Both the position numbers and the translations under genes were made by a program. A stretch of 64,000 bases of DNA from the human T2T-CHM13v2.0 reference genome, Homo sapiens: the NCBI RefSeq assembly GCF_009914755.1, contig NC_060925.1; one strand, 5' to 3'. Positions 13,586 through 30,436 of this stretch are shown piece after piece (position 1 is the stretch's first letter; each line of letters opens with the position of its first letter). The notes under the pieces are model-generated. The model was given only the letters and a program-made list of their open reading frames with translations, was not told the DNA's origin and ran no database searches.

Positions 13586-16522
13586 AAACATGGAATATAT
13601 TTTAAGATAGATATAAGACTAAAGCAAAGGTAAGGAAAGGGTGGAAGAATAATGTGTGTAAATGATATATGTTCTGAAAAATAGAAATAAAGCCAATAAA
13701 AATGGGAGCAGAATGGAGGAAGGCAGATAAAAAGGGGAGAATAGAATCAGACTGTCACAAAGTTAATAAATAATTGGGAGTCAAAGAATTCATTATTGAA
13801 AGCTGACAAACCAGATAGTAGGAGAGTAAGAACAAAAGGGGGCTAAGGACATTATAAAAAGTATTAGTATAAAGATAACCACTAGAACAAAAATGCGGAC
13901 TCCCCTAAATAGAAAAACAGGCAAAGAAAACAAATCACAGAGTGAATTTAACATAATAGAAACAGTAAAAATAATATAAAATAATATGACAGGCTTAAGA
14001 CTAAATATATCAGTAATATAAATATATAAATGAGCTGAAAATCACCTAATAAAAGGAAAATATTTTCAGATTGACTTTCAAGCAAAACCAATTCATTGCT
14101 CTGTAGAAGAGACATACCTAAAACAAAAGGATTCAGAAAGGATAAAACTAGTAGGATGACTTAAAGGCATACAAAGATGCTCTTAGCAGTGTTAATTATA
14201 AGACCCAAATAACTACCAAAATGCTCTTCAGAAGTAGAATGAATAAACAAAGTGTGGTGTATTCATACAGTGGAATACTACGTATATAATGAGAGTATGA
14301 ATATGAATTTTACAAAACAACATGGATGAATCTCATAGTAAGGAGTGAAAGAGGCATGAAACAAGAGTGCATCCTATATGATTCCATTTATGTGAAATTT
14401 TAAAAGAGGCAGGACCAATCTATGGTGATAGTAATCCGTATCATGGTCACCCTTATGGAAGGGTAATGACTGGAAGGGAAGCCAAAGGGGCTTTCAGAGC
14501 ACTAGCGATGCTCTATTTTTTATCTGGGTGCTGGTTGCATGATTTTGTTAACTTTGTGAAAATTCTTTAAGCTGGATACTTAAGAGTTGTGTTCCTTTCT
14601 GTATCTACGTTACATTTTAATAAAAGGTTTACATTTAAAAATATAAACTATTTACAAGCAGAAGATGAGGCTTGGGGTAAAGTCCCATGGAATAGCTGGA
14701 CTTAGAGTCATCAGAGAGAATGATTTTTAATTCCAATTTCTATGAACACTGCCTCTAGGCTCTAAAGGCCATTTTCTTTTCTTTATGACACTTCAAGGTT
14801 GCTCCCTAGATTTGTTTTTGCCATCTCCAAATTAAAAATAGAGTCTAGAAAAACAGGGTAGAGAATGCAGAAGTACAGCCGAATACACAAAGGCATTTGG
14901 CATAGAGTAAACCATGGTATTTCAAATTGGTGGGATGGGAGAGAGGAATGGATTTTTCAATAACTGGTTTTGAGACAACTGGGTAGCCATTTGGGAAAAA
15001 ATTAAATTGGATCCCTGTCTTCCTCCTTATATGGAAGTAAATTTTATATTGATTAAAATATACATGTACAAAATGAAACCATAAAAATATTAAAAGAAAA
15101 TATAGAGGTATATATTTTTAAACCATGGAATATAATGTAAGCCTGACTGAAAATTCAGGAGCTATGTAAGAAAAGATTGACAAATTTTAAAAGTTCTACA
15201 TGGTTAAAAATAATATCATAAAACCAAAAGATGGACTGGGAAAAATATTTGCAACACATGAGAAGGGGCTAATTTCCTTTATAAAGTGTTCACACAGTCA
15301 ACAAAAAGTCAAAAAAGATCAGTAATCCAAAGAAAAAATGAGTAAAGAACATGAACTGTTGTTTCAAACAGACTAACTAAATAACTTACTAACACCCGCA
15401 AAGACTTATTGCAACATGGAAACCTATGAACATAGGAAATGAATGATGCCAGGTCTTATTCATAATAGAGGAATACAAATTAAATTGCAAGTACAGTATG
15501 TAGTCATTTTTCACATATTAGATAAAAAACATTTGCTCATACATTGCATTCTGAGTACAGAGTAGCAAGAAGTCTCCTATATTGTTGAATGGGCAGTATT
15601 AGAAATAATTTAAAATGTATATACCCTTTGACTTACTGGTTTCCTTCTACCACTTTATTCTGTAGATACACCCACATCTACATTCATTACAACATTGTTT
15701 ATGGCAGCAAAAAATTGGAAACAATGGCAGGTACCACCAAAAAAAGAGACCGGTTGAATAAACAAAAGCATAGCTATGCAGTGGAATGCTATGCAGCTGG
15801 TAGAAAGAAGGGGCAGATTGATATGTACTAATATGAAAAATCTCCAAGACACACTGTTAAATGAAAAAAATGTGGCACACGTGCCACGTTTTAAAAAGGG
15901 AAGGGGCATATACACAGATGCTTGTTTACACAGTTAGTATTTCTTGAAGGATATATAAGAAAATGGTTTCCTCAGAGGTATAGACCTTTGGGGAAGGGTA
16001 GGGATGAGAGGGAAACTTACTTGTCATTGTTTACTGTTTTGTATTGAGAATGTTTCCCCCAGGTGAATGACTGTTATACCTATTTAGGAAAACAGACAAA
16101 ACCAATAAAACCAAACTATTTCTATACAGTGATTATTAGCAGAGATGCCATTGGCATTTTAGATGCATTTTGGGACTGTTCCACACATTTAGGACATTAC
16201 ATTCCTTTCCCTTTGCACTAAATGCCAGTAGCACTTCCCTAGACACTGACAAACAAAAAGTGCCCCTGTAGATTTCTGAAAAGGCCAGGGTGTGGATTGG
16301 GGTGGTGGTGTTGTTTGAGTCTAAAAGAATGTAACTTCTCTTCAGGGTTTCCCAGTTTCCAGGTTATGTTGGCCTGGCAGGGAGGGTCTTGACCGACACG
16401 GATGGTTATGGACCTTTACTTAGTGAAAAACTCAAATGAACTTCCTTTCTAGAACTCATGGTTTTCATTCAGTGACACTGGACTTTGCCCTGGAGCAGTG
16501 ACTGGTCAGGGAGCTGTATCTA

Positions 16523-16944
<422 letters not shown>

Positions 16945-17549
16945 GCATAGAGGACTGGTTGTATCCTAATAGCACTGGTCCATTTTTCTGTGGTGTGCAT
17001 TTTAGCTTTTTTCCTAACAAAAAAATCTTACCACATGATTCTCTGCCAACAGATTTTCCTGAGCTGGAAGGAACAGATGTTTCTGTTGGAAATGGGCATC
17101 TGTTTCTCCCCTCGCTGTGGCGTGTGCTTCCTATGAGCCCAGGCCCAGGTAACAGTGAATTATCATTAGAAGGCTCTCTCGTAAGACTCATGGGGAAGAA
17201 CCTATAAGACCCTAGTCTTCCAGGAGGCCAGAAGGAGAGTAGAATGGAGGGTGAGCTTCAGAGCACTGAGACTGCAAAGGGGAACAGAGCTGCTGTCCTG
17301 TCTGCTTGGCAGTGACCAGCAGCTGCTTCTGGCCCTCCTGAAACAGGAGGCGAGTTACTGAGACAGTAGAGAAACCCTGAGTCTTTAGAACTGTATTATC
17401 TACCTGGGCCTTATAACCTGGACATGCCCAGGGGTAAAATATATCCAAGTAGAAATCTTCCTTCTCAGAACATACCCAGAAATAATGATTCTCTATTTTG
17501 AGTACTTTCTTGTGCAGTATACTAACCAGGTGCCTACTGCTATAAATTA

Positions 17550-17858
<309 letters not shown>

Positions 17859-19244
17859 AATTTTTTTCTTTAGTCTAAGTGTGCACATTAATGCATAGGA
17901 AATCCCCATCTTTCCCCAACCCCCTAGTTTTTCTTTTCCTCTTTTTAAAAACTGGATTTTCATTCATTCTTTCCCTTTCCGCCTCCCATCCCCTGCCCTC
18001 CCCAAGGCGTGTTGTAGGTACCCCCAGACCATTGCGTTAAAGCGTTCAGGATAGTGCTCTGCTGATTTTAAAAAAAACATTTAAAATAACATTTCCTGCT
18101 TTTTCTAATTAGAAAAGCAACATGCTTATCATAGACAGTTTGGAAAATACAGAAAAGCAAAGTGAAGAAAATAATTATCAAGGAAAACGATATGCCTTTC
18201 TTTTAAGCCATCATTTTCTCTCCATCTTTGCAGCCACAAAGTCCTTTGTTCCACTTTTTACGTCTTAGAGTAGCTGGGGGTTGGCACACAGATGGTTGGA
18301 AGTCCTTGGATCTCACTGTGTTATAAGAGTACAGAAATACAGCAGGCAGCTCTTTGGCTTTGTTTTGAAGCCCTGAAGAATGGGAGAATGCTCTGCATCA
18401 CTGGAGAACATTTGACTGCATTCATCTCCCAACAAGAGTGGTTGCTGGGAGGAATGAGCAGAAGGAGTGGTGTGTACCAGACTGTACAGGAGTCTTTCCT
18501 CCCTAGGCCTGGTCAGCTTTTGCCCTTGGACAGGGGAAGAGGATATCTGGGGATTTATATTTTCTATCAGAATTTGAGCCTTGTCACCTTGGCTGTCCCT
18601 CTGTGTCCTTGGGTTTTTAAAATGGAACCTCTTTGTTGTAAAATATTAGTTGTACAGTTGAATTTTTCAGAGTAGAATTGGGATCCAGAGTGAGAAACTT
18701 TCTCCCTGAAGGGGCTCCCTGGACTTTTGCTCTTGGCGAGTTGCTGGCAGATACTGACACTAGAAATAAGTGTCAGAGAGGTCTGATATCACTTCAGTTT
18801 CAGACTGACCCCAGAGCAACCCTTGAGGACAGCAGTGTGTAAGCTCAAAAAAGATTGTTCTAATTTTGATGACCCTCAGAGTTAAGGCTTCTAGGGGAAC
18901 TCTTCATTTTCGTAAAAATCCGTCTGTGGGTGGTCACTGTGTTGAGAGATGAGAATTTATGGGTTGAAGTTGTTTTTATGATTTCAGAATAAGTGCTTCT
19001 ACAACGGGATATTGGGCTTGGGAGTGTAGACGTTGCGGGACCAGGAGCTTTGCAGACTTCCCTTGTTCCCAATTTCTTGGATTTTTTTTTTCTATCCCTT
19101 CATTCAGTTGATTCTGATGTCCTAGTATTTTTTCCTAGATCCCAGATCAAGAGATACTTTTATTCCTAATTCTCCCTCTGAAAATTCTATGTCTTTCAGA
19201 ACAAGATAGGGGAAAAGAGAAATGAGCTTATTAAAAACTATGAT

Positions 19245-19800
<556 letters not shown>

Positions 19801-20664
19801 ACTAGGGTGGTTAAAAAAAAATCTTGGTGAACAACCTCTCTTGTGGATTGTAATTTCTCAAAGAAAAATATGATGTAAAGATTCTTTCTTTTACTCTCCC
19901 TTCCGGGTGTCTCATCAAAAAGCGTATATTCCTGAGCTTTGCTGGCAATCGTATTATTTTTTCTCTCCACCTCAGTCCCTGTAACTTTCCTCTTTGTCCA
20001 TTCTGGAGTTGTGGAGGTGATAAATGGGTCCAAAAATGCTGTTAAGAGTGATCTTTAGGTGGGCACAGGTTCTTTATGATATATCCCTAATCAAGAGCCT
20101 TTACAGGTTCTCCCCAAAGTCTCTTTGTGCAGGAATGGGAGCCTGCTGTGTTTTAGACTGGATGGGGCTCTGACCAAGTATTTTTTGTCTTTCTCCGCAG
20201 GGCATAGTAGTAGGTGCTCAGTGAAGATTTGTTGGATTGAAGTGGTTTGAATTAAATATGATTTGTATGTAATTTTATATTCAAATAAAGTCTGTTCCTG
20301 GTCTGAGTTACTTTTCAAATTATATATTGTTACTCTGAAGATTGTCATTTCCTGAATTTTATTTTCTTTGTTCCTTTTCACCCACTTGCTTCCATTGTTC
20401 CAAATTTAGTCGTGTTGGAAATCAGACTAGGTAGGTGTGGAAATAATTGTCGAATCAAATTGTTCAGTCAGGGGAAGGTGGGGGGTAGATGGCTAAAGAC
20501 ATCAGAATCTTTTGTCTGGGTTTTAGGGTCAGAAAATGGAAACTGGCAGAGCAAAAAGGTCAAAAAGTATCAGGAATACCCTGCTTTGCTTTAAATCTCT
20601 ATTTGCCTTAGAGCAGTCATCTGTAGTGTGGTGACCACAGGCTTTCTAATGTCTATGGGTTTAA

Positions 20665-21062
<398 letters not shown>

Positions 21063-21751
21063 CTCATTCTTTATTTCTACTGCTCTATGTAGTTAGATGT
21101 CAGCCCTGGGTGGCAGCAGCAAAGAACCCAGGAGCCATCACTGCTCAAGATTAACTAGTTGGAGACCCCTTAACATATATTTTCAGCATCTAGTAACAGC
21201 TAATCTCGCAGGCAGTCAATATTGAGATACCGCTGCCTTGTGAGTTTTGGGTAGAAATAAAGCAAGTAAGAAATATAGTTCCATCCTGCTTGGAGTTTTC
21301 TATTTAGTTAGGGACTTTGAAGTCCCTGAATGTTTATATACTTTTTCCTATTTCATCCCATTACACATCTTACTTTCCTTTGAAATCTTCTGGAATGCTT
21401 GACTGCAAGTATCTGAGAAACCATGTTCCACCTAACAACAGTTGCTAGGTAGGATGTGGCTTTCAGGCCTGCTCTTTGGGGACCAATAGAAAAACCAAAG
21501 GCTACCACCCTTTTTCCCTCTACGCAATTGCCTTTGCTAGGCTATAGAGAGGGCACATTTCATTTTATTAAAACTCTTTGAGTAATCTGACCATAATTGG
21601 GTCTGATTGGAGTGGTTATCTGATTTGCTGGGTTAAATAATGGGCCTTAATTGAGTCTGGGTTATTTGTAGAGCCAGTGTGGCTTTTGCCTTCATTGCTC
21701 CCTCCTCTCTCTTCTGTTTCCCAATTAACCTTCATTCCTCTTTCCTTGCAG

Positions 21752-21814
21752 AGTAAAGAAGTCGGCCAGCAGCTCCAAGATGATTTGATGAAGGTCCTGA
21801 ACGAGCTCTACTCG
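21752..21814 (+). CDS. SRGAP2: SRGAP2 paralog coding exon 4 (63 nt): SKEVGQQLQDDLMKVLNELYS
   Basis: Polypyrimidine tract + cag acceptor (tttccttgcag|AGTAAA), donor TCG|gtaaat. Translated by hand; matches recalled SRGAP2 residues 142-162. Too short for the ORF track. Confidence 0.95.
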
Positions 21815-23784
21815 GTAAATCAGATGGGTTGCTTGGCTCTTTAACAAGCAGAGGGAAGCAGCATTTGGCAGCTTGCAGCCATAGTACATCAGCAACAGAA
21901 CTGAACTGAGGTTGAGGACAAGTGCATGGTCCCCACTGGGGGTGACCCCACCCATCTCTTTTTTCACACTCGTCTTTTCAAAATGGAATGAGTCAAAAAA
22001 TACTTCCTCAAAATAAGTTTTCTCCTCAGCTATGCAAGCTCACCCTGGCTTTATTTGGGGCATAATTACTAGAGACCAGCCAAAGTCTAGGTCATTGGCA
22101 CAATGGACCCCGTTAGCAGCAAACCAGGGACCCTGAACTAATGGCAAGGAACGTAGCCTGCATTGCACTATTAATATGTGCCTGTCGGAAAGGCTTTATT
22201 GTTCTAGGTTTTTCATCAGATCTTGGATTGATGTATGGCTTTGAGACTAGAACAAATGCTCTAGAGGGCAGCACAGAGTCCTAAATGCCCCCAGTAAGAG
22301 GGACGAGTTTGAGCAGAGAGAGCTTTGCACTGGCTTCCTGGAGTTTTATAAAACCAAACCTCAGTGACGAGGCAGGCTGCGGGCTTGGAGAAGAGAACAC
22401 AATCTGTTCTGAGATGACTGGCGCTTCAGGCACATGATGCCTGTGGCTGGTGCGTGTTAATTCATGCGCAGAGAGGTGGTGGTGGTGGTTGTTCCCCACC
22501 CATGTTTTTCTAATTATAATGAAAACAAACACACACTCACACACATACACACCAAGGAAATTCCTGTTGTTATACAGGGAATACTTAAGTTATACAGCTA
22601 ATGCCTTTCAGGGGCCCCTTCTCCAGCTTGGATGTGCCAGCCTACTATGTCATTCTCCAGGGTTTCTCCATCCTGTTTGAAGGTGATACTGATTTCTGAT
22701 GTTTACTTGCTTATTTGCTGCATTTTTTCTTTTCTTTTCTTCCTTTGTTTTTTTTTTTTAATTCACAGAACAGGCAGTGGTGACATGCATGACAGGCATT
22801 TGGGATCAGATGTTGCTGATCCAGAAGCCTAGGTGTGGCCATTTTGTCATGGCAACTGTTAAGCAAGTAAATAGGGTAGAGTAGTCATCTGACTTATCTC
22901 CAGCGATGTTCAGTTTGTTTTGAATTTCTACTCTGTGACACTTCTGCTCTGAAGCCAAGCATAGATAGATGGTACCTTTCGTTCAACTCCCAAGTTTTCA
23001 TTTCTCTCAAATGAAGTTAAGAGGTTTTTAAAATAGAAACACATCGATGTGAGCCATTTTCAGACTGGATGGGTTTCCTGAACCTTGTCTTTTTAATGCT
23101 TTACTTCTGCTCTTTTAGATCAATTTCTAAGCGCCAAGAAGAGCTATTACTCCTTTCTCCTAGCAGAGAATTCCCTAAGATAGAAAATGACACATGTAGT
23201 CATTGTATAAATTCTTTTATTTTCCTGTAAGCATCTTGACCCTCTACTATTTGCAGCTGTTTCTGGGGAGGAGTAGTTTGGATAACCAACAAACCTTGCC
23301 ACTTCTTCAGTGGGACTCAAGGCAGCAGAAGAAGACTACTGTCTAAGGATCTGTTAGCTTTTACCCAGGGTCCTATGTCTCTTCATATGCTGTGCTTTAA
23401 AAAAAAAAAATAAGTGAAAGGGCGTAAGCTGTGTTTGAGTGAGGAAGAAAACCTTGGAACTTATTTCTCTGGTCTGCAGAGGGCCGAGCTGCTACCTCTG
23501 ACTGCAGACTTAAGACAGCCCAATATTGGCCAACTACTTTACTGGCCATTGTGAGGCCATGGTCAACATAGAGCATAACATCTTCCCATTGATGTTCAAA
23601 CTGAGAATTGCCTGAGTGTGGTATCCCCTGCCATAAGGTGAGCTGGAATACACCCTCATAATCTGTTAAAGGCCAAAATTAAAATGTGATGTTTTCCTCT
23701 AGTAGGCAATGGAAAGAGGGAAAAAAGAGTAGAGGCACTAGGAAGTTTCAGAGAAGTCAAAACATTCTGGTCCAAATGGAGTTT

Positions 23785-24018
23785 TAAGCAGAGGGAGTTT
23801 TACCCCGAGAGGACATTTGGCAATGCCTGAAGACATTTTTGATTGTCACGACTGGAGGAGTAGAAGGTGCTGCTGACATCTAATGATCTAGAGGCCAGGG
23901 GTTCTGCTAAAATCCTACAGTGCACAGGGCAGCTCCCACAACAAAGAATTATCTGACCCACAATGTCAATATAGAGACATTGAGAATCTTCTGACCCACA
24001 AGATTGAGAAATGCTGGT
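23785..24018 (+). mobile_element. MER20-like DNA transposon
   Basis: ggacatttggcaatgcctgaagacatttttgattgtcacgactgg...cacaacaaagaattatctg. Confidence 0.8.
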
Positions 24019-24261
24019 CTAGTGACTAGAGTCTCCTGAATTAAGCAGCCTAGATTCTACCCTGTCTTGACTACTAGCTGTATGAGCTTGAGGGATACCC
24101 CAAACCTCTATGACCTTGGTGTCTGCATACACTCCATGCACTGGTATTTCTATATCCTAGGGGGTGGAGTAGTTGGGTGAGTTATACTTCCTGAAATATT
24201 AGGCTATAGCTAAGGATCAAATAGGTTTCCAGAGTCTGTAGGCCATTAGAAAGTTCAGTGA

Positions 24262-24890
<629 letters not shown>

Positions 24891-26828
24891 TCAGAGAATA
24901 GAATTATTTCTTCTGGAGATTAAGATAGGTTTAGGACTGGTCTGAATAAGGCACCATGGGATTACGGTGACTAACTGTCCCTCTTTGCCTAGTACTGAAG
25001 AGTTTCCTGGGACATGAAATTGTCAGTGCTGAAACTGGAAAAGTTCTAGGTTAAAAAGGGTTAATTGGTCACCTTGCATGGTAGAGTGGTTTTATCAGGT
25101 GGGAAGCTGGGACTGTTACATGCTAGCTTTGGGAAGCTGCTTGCTGTATGCACACCTTTGAGGAGTCAAGAAGAGAACAAGGGAGAGTTTCTTAGAAGGA
25201 GCTTTCCCATTATTTGCTTGTCAGGAAGGCAGGGAAGGGCCTCTCATTTCAATGACGTTGTAGGCAATAGAAGTTATTTGGGGTCACTGGAAAAAGGAAA
25301 CCAAGGATATAAGAAACCCACCCAGTTTTTTCATGTCCTTCACATCTGCTCCTAATGCCCATGAATACCTTTTTTTAGGGGACTAGTTATCCAAGGGTTG
25401 GTAATTTTAGTACCTTTGAACCTTGATGATCCAAGGAGCAGGACCCAGGTGTTCCCAAATAAAGATGCCTTTGGGCACCGGGCCCAGAATGCCGCCATGA
25501 GTGGCCAGCTGCCCCTCTGCACCTTCCTCTTTTCTGCCTGAAGGGCCTTTGATTTCCCTGACTTGGCATTCTGTGCTGGGGCCTGCTTCCCACAGCTGCT
25601 ATTCAGAGAGCAATCCTAGCGAGCATTCTTCTCCACGTGTTTTCCCCCCATAATGAGCTGGCTTGTATGTAAGCCATGGCATAAGTGGTTTTCATTTTCT
25701 GACTGATGCACCGGGAATGCCTTTGAAGTCAGAACACACTGCTTCCCAAAGAACTCTGGGATTCTTTGCCTCAGTTGTACTCAGAGGTCGTGTCTGGAAA
25801 AACCCAGCAAACCCCCACAGGAAGGAGTGTACATGGAGGCACTGAAGCCAGTGTGGATTGGCTGAGTATGAAGAGTCAAGGAAGCTCTAGAATTGAGAAA
25901 AAAGAGGCTTTGGGACAATTTGGGGCTGTTGTTATTCCAGAGGCCTTATGCTTCTGTACTCCCCCTAAATTTACATCCCGTTGGCTTGGAGCATCGGCTG
26001 TGTGCTGGCAGAGCTACTTCAGACTGGTATTTAGCACCTGTTCCCTTGAAACAATGGCACTTAATAGTCCCTCAACTCTGCTTGCCTATTTGACTCTGGC
26101 ACTAGGCACTAGGGAGACAAGAACAAATAAGAGATGTTTCTGACCTCAAGGCATTTAGTTTTAATAGGGAGAGACAGAAAAGTAAAGCATCAAGTGAAAA
26201 ATGAAGTGACAAGAACTCATTTACATGTCTGCACAGAGGACAGGGATGAAGTCAGGCTCCGATACTTGAATTGAATCTTTATTGCCAAGAACTCTTTTCT
26301 TGTTCTCTACATGTTCCCTTTTTTGTTGCATCCAACTTTTGTTTCATGATGCAGTATCGTTTTATTTCTCATTTATCTCTCCAGGGCTATTATGGATATA
26401 TTGTTTTCAAACTTTTCTTCTTGTTGTATAATATTTCTTCTAAATTGCTAGTTTTGGTCTTGGTCTTTCATATTAGACATTTCCTTTAAATGCCTGGTCA
26501 TTCTTAGCTGCCTATTCACATTTTAAAGTGAGGCACTAAAAGATTCTATGTCAGCTGTGGCCTTCACAGTAGGGTGTTCTAACTGGGCTGTGTCCTTGTG
26601 GAAGCCCCAACTTTAGTATTTCTAGGTCTCTTATCTTGGATGGTCAGATTGCCGAGAGATCACACTTTTGATCTCCCACTCATGTCTGGGAGCTGAGTTG
26701 TGAAGAGGCCTAGACCATCTCAAAATTTAACATAGACTTCAGCTAATCCTCCTGTTGAAGTTCAGTATACCCGTATCCTCAGCTGAACCTTGTATCCCCT
26801 AGTCCATGGAACCTCTCTAACAGAATAA

Positions 26829-27221
<393 letters not shown>

Positions 27222-27589
27222 TCAATAGCTTATTTTGTGTTTAGCTCTACCTTCATCCCACTGCTACTTATTTCTCTTCGGGCTTCTGTGATATAAATCT
27301 GGCTGCTTCCTGGCTCACTCTAGTTTTGGTTTAGGACTCAAGTAGATGAGTTACTGCTTGCCTACCTGCTTTTCGGCTTCAGCTTCCATTCTTTTTGTTT
27401 TTCTCAATTTATACCTAAATGATAATCATTTTAGAACCTTTTTTTTCCTATTATTTTAGTGTGGCTGTCAGAGGGAGCAGAGCTAAATATGTGACTTCAG
27501 TGTTTAGTTTTTCAAAGTAAAGTGGAATGTTCTTTGCAGAACTGAGAATTTAGACTTTTCAGTTTTTCCCCATAGTTTGCATTTGCCTA

Positions 27590-27850
27590 TCTATATATAG
27601 ATAGAAGTATGTATATGTATATCTTTATGTATACATATCTATATATACATATATGAGTAGCTATATGTCTAAGACATAGATATATAGATATACATATATT
27701 TACATATGTATATGTACATAGATCTATATATCTAAGTCCTATCTTGGCTTTCTCTGAGTCCTATCTTGACTATAAATATATATTTATAAATATATATTTA
27801 ACATGTATATCTGTATCTATATACATTTCTAAGTCCTGTCTTGACTTTCC
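27590..27850. repeat. TA-rich low-complexity tract with embedded 20-bp direct repeats
   Basis: tatatgtata-type degenerate repeat; t(a/g)agtcct(a/g)tcttg occurs three times. Confidence 0.85.
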
Positions 27851-28747
27851 TATTTTTTCAATTGTTTTGGCATCACTTATTTAAGCTTCAGCTTCTAGGT
27901 ACCTCAGTTTTCTCTTGAGCTGGAAGGCACTAATAAAGCTTCTCCAGTATTTACCCAGAAGAGAGATTCAGTGTCATTCAGTCATTTGGGCAACCACTTT
28001 GTAAAACTACCATTGTGTATATGACATATTTCTCCACTGTGAGAAGAAAACACAAAAGAAGTAGAGCTTAGCGTGAAGAATGTATAGTTTCTTAGGCAAA
28101 GTAGCGTTTTACTCTCTTTTAACAAGAAAGTTCTTTAAGTTTTTTAGGGGAAAGTAACATTGTAAATTGTTGATTTTTGTTACTTCATTTGTTGACTTGG
28201 TAGCGCTATTCTTTGACCTCTTTTTTATCTCATGTTTATTCATAACGTTTTCTCTTTATCATGCACCTTCATGAAATAGGAAATCACTTTAAAAAAGAAA
28301 AAAAGCACTCACTTTTGTAACTTCTCACTAAGCTTTTGAATCCCATGGTCAGATTCAGGTGGAAAAAGAGAAAAAAAAGAGGAGCCTCCTATCTACACTT
28401 CTTCAGCTGAGATAACAGATGCCTCTTTTCCACTTCTTAGTTAACCTGGAAAGCTGGGGGTCTGTTCGAATTACTTAGAAAGGCTTTTAAACGCCATTAG
28501 TTGTTAAGTATTTTTTCTTCTGTATAGAAAATATGAAGAGTATTATCCTGGTAAAATTTACGGGAAGTAGTGTTAGGTTCAGAATGAGGTGAAACTGATT
28601 TAAAACATTCTGCATTCAAAATGAGACATAATTTAGACTCTAATGTACTTTGATTTTGTCAGTGTCCCAGTATTCTTTATTCTTTCGTCTGCCTCTAGCT
28701 GATCGTAGGTGCTAGATTAGTATACCCACAAAGTCTTTCTAAGCTAG

Positions 28748-28955
28748 ATTTTCTCAACGTCAGCACCATTGACATTTGGGCCAGATAATTAGTTGTTGTG
28801 GGGGCCGTCCTGTGCATGGGATGTTCAGCAGCATCCCTGACCTCTAACTACTAGATGCCAGTAGCAATCCCCAAGTTGTGACAATCAAAAATATTTCCAG
28901 ACACTGCCACATTTCCCCTGGGGGCCAAAACAGCCCCAGGTTGAGACACTTCTCT
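28748..28955 (-). mobile_element. MER20-like DNA transposon
   Basis: ttctcaacgtcagcaccattgacatttgggccagataat...gtgacaatcaaaaatatttccagacactgcca. Confidence 0.85.
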
Positions 28956-29059
28956 AACTCAGGTTCATACATGGAACCAGTTTCTCTTTTCAGGAATATC
29001 TTGACCATATTTAACCTTTCCTCCCAACCAGTTCAGCTCCAGTCCTATCCAGAGGAGAG

Positions 29060-29310
29060 TCGGTGTTGCTTAATGGCTAAGAATGTGGTCTTTGGAGTCT
29101 GACAGACCTGGGTTTGAATCCTGATTCCACCATTTACTCATTGTATGACCTTGGGTATGATAGTTAATCTCTCTGAGCCTTATTTCCTTATCTTTAGAAA
29201 TAGAAATAATAACAGTGTCTTTCACAGAGTTATTGTAAGAATTAAATGAGGTAATGTACGTAAAGCCCATGGTACACAATGTTTATTAAGTGGTAGATAT
29301 TAATAATAAT
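29060..29310 (+). mobile_element. MIR SINE
   Basis: gacagacctgggtttgaatcctg...tgaccttggg...ttaatctctctgagcct core. Confidence 0.85.
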
Positions 29311-29334
29311 ATTGTACCTTTGCACTCCTGTGTT

Positions 29335-29338
29335 ACAC

Positions 29339-29379
<41 letters not shown>

Positions 29380-29385
29380 CACACC
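29335..29385. repeat. (CA)n microsatellite with two CG interruptions
   Basis: Directly visible. Confidence 0.95.
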
Positions 29386-30436
29386 CAACTTCTACTCTCT
29401 AATTCTCCCTCTCAAAGAAATCTTATGGCATCACACTTTCAGCACTCGTGAACTCCCTGTGTGGAAACAGAAAGTTCCCACAGAGTAGAGCAGGCACTAG
29501 GTGGCTGGAAGTAGTATGTTTAGTAGGATTGGAAACAAGCTTGAGTTCTAGGCTTCCTGGCTTCCCTGTTAAGAGAAAGGATTGGACTCCTAGATGGTTG
29601 CTTTGATGGAAAATCATCCTTCACCTTTTATACTACTTCCCTCCTGTGGCAATTCCAGTTATACTTGATATGGATTTTATTCCTTCCCAGACTCTTACCT
29701 GAATTGTTTTGAAGGCTTACAGTCTTCATAGGGTTGTTGTCTAGATTGTGGAATTGTCCTAAGGATGAAATGAGAAAATGTGTTGTGTGGTACTTGGCAT
29801 AAAGCCAGGAATATACTAAGTGCTCAGTAAATGATAACTGGCATTGCAATTGCTGCTGCTGCTTTAGTTGCTGTGAGAGGGTGTTTGATCTGGATAAAGC
29901 AGAACAGACAGATCCCCAGAATGCCAGGCCGGTAAAAGGAGCTTTTGGAAGCTTTTCCTCTTCCCTATTTTATATCTGAAAGGTAACAGAAAGCATAGGC
30001 TACTCCATAGGCTGCACTGCCCTCTTCGGGGTTCCTGACCAGCCCAGAAAGGCTTTGCCCTTGGGGCCTGAGAGTGGTGGTGTTGTTTCCCATCTACTCA
30101 GTATTATGAGGTGACTAAGTGATAGAAATCACCTGGCCAATATTAAAGAGAAATGATTACAAATGATAATGAATAGAAATAAATAATACATGATGGATAG
30201 ACATTAAGTTATTTCAATAAGAGGAAATGTTGGCTCAGTTCACATATTGCTTTCCTGTGCTTTGGAGTGGTCTTTAATCTGTGTTTGCTGAACCAAACAC
30301 TTCTGGATTTTTCCCTTAGGGGTGTGAGGATATTGCTTCATGGGGGAGAGCTCCAGCTGAGTCTGGTAGTCTGTAAAGCAGAGAAATGACCCCCTTGGCT
30401 TGACCTCTGGGGGTGGGGGTGGGCGATGTCTTGCAG

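Larger units (their letters stand above)
12690..16040 (+). mobile_element. Old, fragmented L1M/L1ME sequence hosting a younger L1PA insertion
   Basis: A-rich. L1M 3' motifs (attcatacagtggaatactac, acaacatggatgaatctc, atatgattccatttat) and ORF2 remnants (gacaactgggtagccatttggg). Boundaries approximate. Confidence 0.7.
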
